Positions 8,683 through 16,755 of a stretch of 64,000 bases of DNA are shown in pieces. The notes under the pieces are model-generated. The model was not told the DNA's origin, did not search any database, and saw only the letters and a program-made list of their open reading frames with translations. Position numbers and translations under genes: made by a program. Within the stretch, counting starts at the first letter, position 1. Every line of letters begins with the position of its first letter. Source of the DNA: Nanobdellota archaeon (GTDB lineage: Archaea; Nanobdellota; Nanobdellia; Woesearchaeales; SM23-78); NCBI GenBank assembly GCA_018819305.1, contig JAHJQO010000033.1:1430-65429 (forward strand), read 5' to 3'.

Positions 8683-9524
8683 AGACATGCCAATTAATTG
8701 CACCATCAAGAAAAATCAGCAAGAAAAAACTTGAACAGGCAGTTAAAAACCTGAAAGCATTGGGTTTTCATGCAATTTATGATAAAAATATTCTTGATAG
8801 AGACTGTTATCATGCAGGCACTGTCAGCAGACGGGTTGAGGAAATTCATAAAGCCTTCCAGAATAAAAAGGTGAATTTTATTTTCTCTGTTACAGGAGGG
8901 TATGGTTGTATTGAGTTGCTGCCTTTTTTGAATTATGATTTGATTAAATCCAATGCTAAACCTTTGGTGGGTTACAGCGATATTACTGGATTATTACTTG
9001 GATTATTCAAAAAGACAAAAATCCCCCTGATTCACAGTCCTATGCCAGGTTCTAAATACTTTTCTTTAAAAAATAAATATTTGAAACAACTCGATGATTG
9101 TTTAAATGGTAAGAAACATGCTATTAGAATAAATTCAAAAAACATTGTTAGAAAACAATTTTTTCGAGGTAATATTGTCGGGGGAAATCTGAGGATTTTA
9201 ATTTCTCTAATAGGAACGCCTTATGAATTAGATACAAACAATAAGGTTTTGTTTTTAGAGGATGCGAATGAGAGGCCAGCAGCTATTTATAATATGCTGC
9301 TTCATCTAGAACTTTCTGGTAAGTTAAAAAATATTAAAGCTTTGATTCTAGGAAAAATGAATCAATGCGGAAAATATAAAACATTATTGATGAAATTTTT
9401 GAAAAGATTGAATGTTCCGATTATTTGTGATTTGGATTTAGGCCATTCCCAAAATATGATTTCTATAAGGCTGGGTTCAAAAATTACATTTGACACTGAA
9501 AACAGTTGTTTAATCTTTAATTAA
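8679..9524 (+). CDS. S66 family LD-carboxypeptidase (LdcA/MccF-like)
   Basis: 281 aa. Nucleophile motif VGYSDITGLL, acidic motif LFLEDANERP and DLDLGHS give the Ser-Glu-His arrangement of peptidase S66. ATGA overlap with the upstream ATP-grasp gene. Confidence 0.8.
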   Translation: MKTCQLIAPSRKISKKKLEQAVKNLKALGFHAIYDKNILDRDCYHAGTVSRRVEEIHKAFQNKKVNFIFSVTGGYGCIELLPFLNYDLIKSNAKPLVGYSDITGLLLGLFKKTKIPLIHSPMPGSKYFSLKNKYLKQLDDCLNGKKHAIRINSKNIVRKQFFRGNIVGGNLRILISLIGTPYELDTNNKVLFLEDANERPAAIYNMLLHLELSGKLKNIKALILGKMNQCGKYKTLLMKFLKRLNVPIICDLDLGHSQNMISIRLGSKITFDTENSCLIFN

Positions 9525-9567
9525 GAGAACTCAAATATCATATTTAAAAACAATATGCAAACGATAC

Positions 9568-10794
9568 TCAAACCGAATAATAATCCTCCAGAATAACAGT
9601 ATCAAGGTTCTCAAGGTTCTTGACTTTGTAAACTCTGCCTTGGCTTATCTCTATCATTCTCTTGGCCAGCTTTTCTCCGTCTTTGTCAAGATTGATTCCA
9701 ATGATTGATATTGTGATGTTCTGGTCTCTTGCCATGCTCACAGCCCGCAAGGTGTCAGTTTCTGGTTTTTTACCTTTTGTAGGAATAACATCAGTAAGAA
9801 GAATCAAATGCTTGGTTTCTTTTGCATTGCCAAAAACTTCAATTGCTTTTTCAATTGTTTTTGCAATGTCTGTCTCTGATCTGGCTCTTATGCTTGTGAT
9901 GCTCATTAGTATGTCATTAAAGTCAAGTGTAGGTGGAACAATTTTTTTTACATCATCTCCAAAAACAATAAGTCCAACTTTATTCTTCTCTGCAATGGCT
10001 TTGTAAGCAAGTGCAACTCCTGCTCTTTTGCCAGTTCCGAGCTTGTTGCCTTTCATGCTTCCGCTTGCATCAAGAGCATATATAATGCTGATTCCTCCTT
10101 TTCTTTCTCTTTCAAAAATCCTGAGGTCTTCTTTTTGCAGCTGCTTGTGCTGCCTTCGGATGGCAGTCTTTACACTCTGCCTGATAGCAATATCCCTATA
10201 TCTTGTCTTTTTGTAAGCATGATAATCTTTTTTATCACCATAAATATCTTTTTTCTTTTCTTTTTTTTCTCCTAATCCTTTAATTTTTAATTTGTCAAGT
10301 TCTTCTGTGTAAAGAATAAGCGAACTTAATTTCAAGCCCTGTTCTGTGATTTCTCCTTCTTTGTTAACTAATTCTTTTTGCTTTAGCTTTTTGACATTCT
10401 CATCAATTCTTTTTTTAATCTCTTCCTGAAACTCAGGAATCTTAATGTTTTTTTCAACAAAGCCAGGCTCATAGCCGCTCAGCTGCCGGATGATAACTTC
10501 ACCATATAATTGTTTAGCAAGTTTATAATCATTAACAAGGTTTTTGAATATCATGTCAGGAACAAAACTAGAAAGATTTTGATTAATACTCTCACTCAGG
10601 AGTTTGCCGTCATCAATTGTTTCTTTGTCACTTTCAAGAACACTATTCATTAATTTATCTTCTTCTTTTTGCTTTGAGAGCTTGCCAGTAAGCTCTTCTG
10701 CTTCTTCAAGATTTGAAAACTTCTCTTTGCCAATTTCAGAGTCTATTGGCTCTGTGCTACCCATCACCTCCAATCTGGTTTGAGAATTTTTCAA
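9568..10794 (-). CDS. von Willebrand factor A (VWA) domain protein with long acidic/coiled N-terminal region
   Basis: 408 aa. MIDAS motif ALDASGSM, then VGLIVFGDD... and HLILLTDV in the C-terminal third. It overlaps the upstream AAA+ gene, and an alternative start at MGSTEP still overlaps. Confidence 0.8.
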   Translation of the reverse strand: MKNSQTRLEVMGSTEPIDSEIGKEKFSNLEEAEELTGKLSKQKEEDKLMNSVLESDKETIDDGKLLSESINQNLSSFVPDMIFKNLVNDYKLAKQLYGEVIIRQLSGYEPGFVEKNIKIPEFQEEIKKRIDENVKKLKQKELVNKEGEITEQGLKLSSLILYTEELDKLKIKGLGEKKEKKKDIYGDKKDYHAYKKTRYRDIAIRQSVKTAIRRQHKQLQKEDLRIFERERKGGISIIYALDASGSMKGNKLGTGKRAGVALAYKAIAEKNKVGLIVFGDDVKKIVPPTLDFNDILMSITSIRARSETDIAKTIEKAIEVFGNAKETKHLILLTDVIPTKGKKPETDTLRAVSMARDQNITISIIGINLDKDGEKLAKRMIEISQGRVYKVKNLENLDTVILEDYYSV

Positions 10795-11782
10795 ACTCCT
10801 CTTTAATATAATCCTCAGGAGATTTTAAGAATTTAACACTAGGCTTAAGACTGATTCTATGGCTCAGAACAGAAACAATAACATCCTGAACATCTTTTAC
10901 AGATACTTTGTCTTTGCCTCTGATTTTTGCATTGCTCTGAGCTCTCTCATACAATCCAATGCTTGCCCTTACACTGGGCTTTTTTTCAACATCATTATCA
11001 ATTCTTAAGTCCCTGATAAATTCAATAACATGATACAGGAGTTTTTGTGGGAATTCAATAAGATATTTTCCTGCTTTTTTTACAATTTCAAATTCTAGCT
11101 CTGCAGTTTCAGGATATTCCATGTAAATCAAGTCAAACCTGTCCAGGAATACATCACTTAGTGGCTCTGTGCTTTTGTCATCAGGATTCATGGTTCCGAT
11201 AAACAAAAAGCTCACATCAAAGTCAAATGAATAACTGCCAATTGTTATTTTGTTTTCTTCCAATACCTGAAGAAGTGCGTTTTGTAATTTCTCACTGCAC
11301 CTGTTGATTTCATCAAAAAACAAGATTCCATTGTTGGCCTTGAATATTTTTCCAGGAGTAAAAGCCTCAAGACTAAGAGGACCAAACTTCATTGCTTTTA
11401 TAGGGTCAATATCTCCAATAAGGTCTTCTGCTGTCAAGTCAGGGCTTCCCTGTATTCTTACAAATAATTCATTGCCTTTGAGAATCTTGGTCTGGATTTT
11501 CTCTTTTTTCTCTTTTTTTTCCAGACATTTAGGACATGCAGGATTATCTGTTGTGCAGTTATATCCGCAGTCAGCAACAGTTTTATCAGGCATTAGCTTG
11601 GTCACGTTCTTGGCAAGAGTTGTCTTTCCAATGCCTGGCTGGCCCACAAGAATAATGTGCCGGTCCATGAGCAGAGCTGATTTAACCTGTTGTTTAACCC
11701 TGTTCTGGCCTAATATATCGTTGAACTCAGTTTCCATAAGATTTGTTTTGAATTGTTCATTTTTGGATGTCATAGGCCTCAC
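10757..11782 (-). CDS. AAA+ ATPase, MoxR/ChlI-like, with Cys4 insertion
   Basis: 341 aa. Walker A GQPGIGKT, Walker B LFFDEINR, and GTMNPDD. A CX3CX6CX2C cluster (ADCGYNCTTDNPACPKC) lies between Walker A and B. Paired with the downstream VWA gene. Confidence 0.8.
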   Translation of the reverse strand: MRPMTSKNEQFKTNLMETEFNDILGQNRVKQQVKSALLMDRHIILVGQPGIGKTTLAKNVTKLMPDKTVADCGYNCTTDNPACPKCLEKKEKKEKIQTKILKGNELFVRIQGSPDLTAEDLIGDIDPIKAMKFGPLSLEAFTPGKIFKANNGILFFDEINRCSEKLQNALLQVLEENKITIGSYSFDFDVSFLFIGTMNPDDKSTEPLSDVFLDRFDLIYMEYPETAELEFEIVKKAGKYLIEFPQKLLYHVIEFIRDLRIDNDVEKKPSVRASIGLYERAQSNAKIRGKDKVSVKDVQDVIVSVLSHRISLKPSVKFLKSPEDYIKEEFEKFSNQIGGDG

Positions 11783-11863
11783 GGGAAGGAGAAAGGAGTT
11801 TATAAAGTTTTAGGATGAGATTCAGATAAATTTATATAATTTATACTGATTCTTGTTTGTACA

Positions 11864-12133
11864 ATGGCATTAAGGAATGACCTAAAAAGAGAATATGAAC
11901 GAAAAGCATGGGAAGAAAGAGTAAAGAAAAACCCTTTATTAACTCTGAGTCTTGGAGATCTTGTTATGGAGATGCATAAAATATATGCTGCAGATCCATA
12001 TGTTGTGAAACCTGAAGATCAAGTTCCTGAATCTAGTTTGGAAAACCGCACAAGATATCATGCAATTGTTAAGGAGCTTAATAAGAGAGAATTTGAATAT
12101 ACAAGGGTTCCAATAAGTGAAAGAAGATTTTAG
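11864..12133 (+). CDS. Hypothetical small protein
   Basis: 89-aa ORF. A TATA-like TTTATATA lies about 25-30 bp upstream of the ATG. No motif recognised. Confidence 0.4.
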   Translation: MALRNDLKREYERKAWEERVKKNPLLTLSLGDLVMEMHKIYAADPYVVKPEDQVPESSLENRTRYHAIVKELNKREFEYTRVPISERRF

Positions 12134-12135
12134 GT

Positions 12136-12645
12136 TTAAATTGGCTTAATAAAAACACTAAACAGTTCTGTGCCTGTCACCATGATTATAGTTACGATTA
12201 TTCCTGCAATCACAACACCAATAATACTGGCTAGCATGTATTTTCTGAATTTTAAGTTAAATATGTTTGCGGCTAGTGCGCCTGACCAGACACCTGAGCC
12301 TGGCAGAGGAATACCAATGAATACAGCCAGCCCAAGCTCTCCGTATTTGTCAATATATTTTTTTGCTTTTTTCTGAACTCTTTCAATTGTTTTTGTATAG
12401 AGTTTGTCTATGAATTTTATCCATCTTAACCAGTGTATTACCTTGTTCCAGATAAAATATACGATAGGTGCAAGGATGATATTTGAAATAACAGCGAATA
12501 TAAAGACGATCCACCAGGGCTGCTTTAGCACCAATAGACCTATAGGTATACTTAATCTTAATTCAAGAAAAGGCATTAATGAGATTAGGAATATTGCCAG
12601 CCACCAAGGAAATGTTATTATCCAATTTACTAATTGTTCAAACAT
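12136..12645 (-). CDS. Small multidrug-export-like membrane protein (COG2426 / Sm_multidrug_ex-like)
   Basis: 169 aa, 4-5 TM segments. ...PFLELRLSIPIG... and GIPLPGSGVWSGALAA resemble this family as I recall it. Confidence 0.55.
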   Translation of the reverse strand: MFEQLVNWIITFPWWLAIFLISLMPFLELRLSIPIGLLVLKQPWWIVFIFAVISNIILAPIVYFIWNKVIHWLRWIKFIDKLYTKTIERVQKKAKKYIDKYGELGLAVFIGIPLPGSGVWSGALAANIFNLKFRKYMLASIIGVVIAGIIVTIIMVTGTELFSVFIKPI

Positions 12646-12697
12646 GAGATTAGAATTAGAGAAGGCATTAAAAAAGTTATTGGTTCTGAGTTCTATT

Positions 12698-13948
12698 TTA
12701 GAGTTCTATTTTTTTCACTCTGCTCTTTACATAGTCTTCTTTAATTAGGTTTTTGATGAGTGCTTCAGGAGTCTTGTATTCTCGTTTCTCCTCTGCATAG
12801 AGATTCTTGTTTTTCTCAAAGACTTTTTTGTGCTTTGCCTTGAATCTCTTGGCATCAATCTTTGCTTTGACTGGTGGCCCTCTGAGAACTATCTTGTCAG
12901 ACATCTTGACTTTATTTATAATAAAATAAATCAAGCTCTGCTTCTGGTCAAACTCCCAGCCACTTTCCAGCGCATTAAATTCATGTTTTTTCAAATGCGT
13001 GCCAATGTGCTCAAAGCATTTTAATATCTTGGTTCCAACAACATCATCTTTGCCTTTCAAAGGCTTAACCTTGAGAAGCACCAGCCAGTTTTTGCCTGCT
13101 TTTTTCTTAAGTTCACCCGCATTCAACTTTTTGATTTCAAAAAACTTCTCACTTGGCTTGTGCAGGAATGCTCTTGCTTTTTGTTTGAACAATTCAAACT
13201 TCTCTCTGCTCACAGCCGCTGCTGCATTTCTGTCAGGCTGGATAGGGTCAACAATGATTAGAGGTGATTCTGTTTTTGACTTGTTTAATTCTCTGAGCGG
13301 GTCTTTTAGATGAGCAGCAGGGTCAAGAATAACTCTTTCTCCCCAAACACTTGCCTGCATTAATAGGTTTTCAAAACTTCCATAATATATAATAAACAAG
13401 TCAAGCACATGACCTGAAAAACCTCTTATATAACTTTCAGCACCATAAACATTGGTTGCTTTGCAAAACTGCTTTGCCAGTCTAACTTCATCTGCAAGCC
13501 GCAAGCTCATGTGTTTTTTCACATAATCAACATGCAAAGGGCTCATGTCAGTAACATTAACAGCCTGTTTATAATCCTGAATATTCAGCACAGGCACAAA
13601 CTCAAACAATATCTTGTTTTTTCTGAGCTGATAATAATCTCTGCTTCCATGAACCATTTCTGGCTTCAGAGGAGCAATAGCTTTTTCAAGCAGCTTGGAA
13701 ATATCCTTTTTTTTATACATTTTATAATCAAACCTTACAAACAAATCAACATCAAAGTCATTCTTTAGAATTGTACCTTTAGCATAACTGCCTCCTGCAA
13801 CACAAACCGCCTTGATTTTCTTTTTTTTCAACAAGGCATTTATCTGTTTGATTAGACTGTCAACTACTTTGAACTCCTGTTTTGCAGGCTTTATTTTCTT
13901 GATTACTTTGCTTAACACTGACATCATTATGTGTGGTATAGAATTCAT
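12698..13948 (-). CDS. cca: CCA-adding enzyme (archaeal class I tRNA nucleotidyltransferase)
   Basis: 416 aa. Motifs GGSYAKGTILKNDFDVDLFVRF (catalytic Asp pair) and RGFSGHVLDLFIIYYGSFENLL are typical of archaeal CCA-adding enzymes. Confidence 0.85.
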   Translation of the reverse strand: MNSIPHIMMSVLSKVIKKIKPAKQEFKVVDSLIKQINALLKKKKIKAVCVAGGSYAKGTILKNDFDVDLFVRFDYKMYKKKDISKLLEKAIAPLKPEMVHGSRDYYQLRKNKILFEFVPVLNIQDYKQAVNVTDMSPLHVDYVKKHMSLRLADEVRLAKQFCKATNVYGAESYIRGFSGHVLDLFIIYYGSFENLLMQASVWGERVILDPAAHLKDPLRELNKSKTESPLIIVDPIQPDRNAAAAVSREKFELFKQKARAFLHKPSEKFFEIKKLNAGELKKKAGKNWLVLLKVKPLKGKDDVVGTKILKCFEHIGTHLKKHEFNALESGWEFDQKQSLIYFIINKVKMSDKIVLRGPPVKAKIDAKRFKAKHKKVFEKNKNLYAEEKREYKTPEALIKNLIKEDYVKSRVKKIEL

Positions 13949-13964
13949 TATAAAAAGTTTCTTG

Positions 13965-15068
13965 TTAATCTCTCTTCATCTCAGCATAAATAATCTTCAT
14001 TATCTTGTTAATGTGGTTCTTGATTTTCATCTTCTTAATGTTATTTTCAAAAAAGTCAAGCCTTTTTAAGAATTTGATTATATCCTCTTTTTTTACCTTG
14101 GTTATGTCTTTGTAATCCCCAACCAAAGCATTCTTGGCATTCCTGCCATTAAAGGTCTGCTCAAAGCTCCCCACTTCGGGCATTAAGAACAAAGGCTTGC
14201 CCAGAAATAGGGCCTCTGACATCAACTGCTCTCCTGCACTTGAAATAACAGCCTTGCAAGCAGTCATGTCATTTGCAAAGCCTGTGTGCGAGTGCCTCTT
14301 GTACTTAATATTCTTGGTTTTTTTGTATTTTCCAGGGTCGCTTACATATATAATGAATTTTTGGTTAATTTTTTTTAGCTTAGGAATAATAGCTTTTTCA
14401 AGCACAGGCTTGACATATACTAAAACAAAATCCTGCTTTTTAACCTTGTGCTTAAGCTCCTCAATTTCTTTTCGGATAATAGGACCGGTTACTATAATTT
14501 CTGTCTTTCGATACTTTTTTTTCCTTAGCTCTGGCTGAAAAACAGATGTAATTATGCATTTTTTGCTTAGAGGATGAACAGAAGTAATTATTCCTTTGGT
14601 TACCATAAAACTACCCCAATGCTTGATAGGAATTTGTTTGGCCTTAATTTTTTCCCATAGCAAGCGGTGCTGGTTGTCAATAGTAATAAAATTCAGCTTT
14701 TTCTTTTTAGCTGCTCTTGGAAGAAAAGGCTCAAAATCACTTATTGCAAAATCAAAATCATATCTTTCAATAGTCTGCTTGAGCTTTTTTATTATAATAT
14801 CTCCGTTGACAATGCTCGGAATATTTTTAGAAGCTGTCTTAAGATAATTGATTTTTCCTTTTTTATTATAAACAGACTGAAAGCCCGGAAGCCTGTGCAT
14901 AGAAACATTTTTTATTTTTTCCAGGGTTTTTTCAAGAGGTTCATATGTGTCTCCTCCAGTAAGAACCATGATTTTGTGGTTGTCTGCAGCCAGCCGTCTG
15001 ATAATTTCATAACCCCTGGAAGCATGACCTCTTCCGTCTTGAGCCAGCGAGTAGAGTATTTTAGCCAT
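13965..15068 (-). CDS. GT-B glycosyltransferase (MJ1255/TIGR00661-like, GT28-related)
   Basis: 367 aa. The N-terminus MAKILYSLAQDGRGHASRGYEII matches the G-x-GH-x-x-R motif of this family. The C-terminal ...ISSAGEQLMSEALFLGKPLFLMP... is the nucleotide-sugar binding region. Confidence 0.75.
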   Translation of the reverse strand: MAKILYSLAQDGRGHASRGYEIIRRLAADNHKIMVLTGGDTYEPLEKTLEKIKNVSMHRLPGFQSVYNKKGKINYLKTASKNIPSIVNGDIIIKKLKQTIERYDFDFAISDFEPFLPRAAKKKKLNFITIDNQHRLLWEKIKAKQIPIKHWGSFMVTKGIITSVHPLSKKCIITSVFQPELRKKKYRKTEIIVTGPIIRKEIEELKHKVKKQDFVLVYVKPVLEKAIIPKLKKINQKFIIYVSDPGKYKKTKNIKYKRHSHTGFANDMTACKAVISSAGEQLMSEALFLGKPLFLMPEVGSFEQTFNGRNAKNALVGDYKDITKVKKEDIIKFLKRLDFFENNIKKMKIKNHINKIMKIIYAEMKRD

Positions 15069-15071
15069 AGT

Positions 15072-15258
15072 TTATCCATCCTGTTTTTTTGAGGCCCTCA
15101 CCCATTCTGTCTTTACAAAAACAGCCTTGTTGTCAACAAGCTTTTCACTGCCAGTGCTCAGGTTGTCAAAAACAACAACTTCATGTCCTTTTTTCAAGAA
15201 GCTGTTTCACAGTGTGACTTCCTATGCATCCAGCTCCCCCTGAAACCAATACTTTCAT
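15072..15258 (-). pseudogene. Remnant of an NAD-dependent sugar epimerase (GalE-like), N-terminal fragment with a frameshift
   Basis: Reverse translation from ATG 15258 gives MKVLVSGGAGCIGSHTVKQLLEKRT*. Removing one base of the A run (plus-strand T run 15189..15194) restores ...LEKGHEVVVFDNLSTGSEKLVDNKAVFVK..., the Rossmann N-terminus of GalE. Similarity then ends, with a stop at 15072, 3 nt before the glycosyltransferase start. Confidence 0.6.
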
Positions 15259-15355
15259 AATTAACACCTATAGTGTATAGGAAATAGAGATATTTAAAAA
15301 TCTTTCTGAGCAAAACCTTTTTATACTCTCTTTCATAGTTTAATATTAAAAAGAG

Positions 15356-16654
15356 GTGTTTTGGTTGAAAAAGGCGTGGGTTGTTACTATGGACATGGGA
15401 TATGGCCACCAAAGGGCTGCTTATCCCTTAAAGGATATTGCTTATGAGAGAATTATCACTATTAACAGCGACAAGTTGGTTGGTGACAAGGAAAAACGCA
15501 TCTGGAAAAGAAACCAAGATTTTTATGAAAGCGTGAGCAGGTTTACTTCTCTTCCTATTTTTGGGGATTATTTGTTCAAGCTTTATGACAAGTTTCAGTC
15601 AATTGAAGATTTTTATCCCAGCAGAGATTTGTCAAGCCCAAATATTCAGGCTCGTTACCTTGAGCATTTGATTAAAAAAAAGAAGCTGGGCCTGGGTTTG
15701 ATTGAGCATATAAAGCGTTCAGGCAGGCCAATGGTTACAACTCATTTTATTTCTGCTCTTGCAGCAGAATACAATAATATGAAAAATGCTTTTTGTGTTG
15801 TTACAGACACAGATATTAATCGTGCATGGCTGCCAATTGATTCAAAACATGCAAAAGTAACTTATCTTGCTCCTACAGAGCACACATTCAAAAGACTTAA
15901 GCAATATGGTCTGCCAAAAAACAAGCTGATTCTTACTGGATTTCCTTTGCCAAAAGAAAACATTGGCGGTAAAAGCATGCATATCTTAAGGAGAGATTTG
16001 GGAAACAGGCTTCTTAATCTTGACCCAAAGAAAAAATATATTCATGATTACAAATCTGTGATTAAGAAAAAACTTGGAAAATATTATAGGAATAAAAGCA
16101 GCCACAAGCTCACACTTACTTATATGATTGGAGGAGCTGGCGCGCAAAAAGATATTGGCTTGAAAGTTATACAGAGCTTGAAAAGCAAAATCAAAAAAAA
16201 TGAAATAAGAATCAATCTTGTGGCAGGAACTCATCTTGATGCTGCAGAATATTACAGAGAAAACATTATTAAGATGGGGTTAAAAGACAGGCTTGGTAAA
16301 AACTTGTACATTGTTTTTGCATGGAATAAGCCAACTTATTTCAAGGATTTTAATTATATTTTGCACAACACAGATATTCTTTGGAGCAAGCCCAGTGAAA
16401 TGGTGTTTTATGTTGCTCTTGGTCTTCCATTAATCATGTCTCCGCCTATTGGCTCGCAGGAATATTATAATAGAAATTGGGTGCTGAATATGGGCAGCGG
16501 CTTTAAACAAGAAGATCCTGAATATATTCATGAGTGGCTTTATGACTGGCTCAACAGCGGCAGGCTTGCAGAAGCTGCTTTTGAAGGCTTTTTAGAAGCT
16601 CCTAAAATGGGCACTTATAATATTGAGAAAGTTGTTTTATCAAAGAGAACTTAA
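15356..16654 (+). CDS. GT-B glycosyltransferase-like protein (MGDG synthase / UgtP-like N-terminus)
   Basis: 432 aa. LKKAWVVTMDMGYGHQRAA resembles the (K)ILILTxxxGxGHxxAA N-terminus of UgtP/MGDG-synthase enzymes. The start is ambiguous: GTG 15356, or TTG 15365 preceded by GAGGTG. Confidence 0.5.
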   Translation: MFWLKKAWVVTMDMGYGHQRAAYPLKDIAYERIITINSDKLVGDKEKRIWKRNQDFYESVSRFTSLPIFGDYLFKLYDKFQSIEDFYPSRDLSSPNIQARYLEHLIKKKKLGLGLIEHIKRSGRPMVTTHFISALAAEYNNMKNAFCVVTDTDINRAWLPIDSKHAKVTYLAPTEHTFKRLKQYGLPKNKLILTGFPLPKENIGGKSMHILRRDLGNRLLNLDPKKKYIHDYKSVIKKKLGKYYRNKSSHKLTLTYMIGGAGAQKDIGLKVIQSLKSKIKKNEIRINLVAGTHLDAAEYYRENIIKMGLKDRLGKNLYIVFAWNKPTYFKDFNYILHNTDILWSKPSEMVFYVALGLPLIMSPPIGSQEYYNRNWVLNMGSGFKQEDPEYIHEWLYDWLNSGRLAEAAFEGFLEAPKMGTYNIEKVVLSKRT

Positions 16655-16755
16655 AATTAAAAGTAAAATTAAAATAAAATTTATAAACAATTGTTAATAT
16701 TAATTAATTAGGATTAAGTAGAGAAAATAATAAAGCTAAAAAAAGAGGACTGAAC

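Noticed and set aside
15194-15412. 72-aa minus-strand ORF overlapping the start of the GT28-like gene
   Set aside because: A different frame of the same region encodes a recognisable GalE-like Rossmann N-terminus, so the listed ORF is a by-product.
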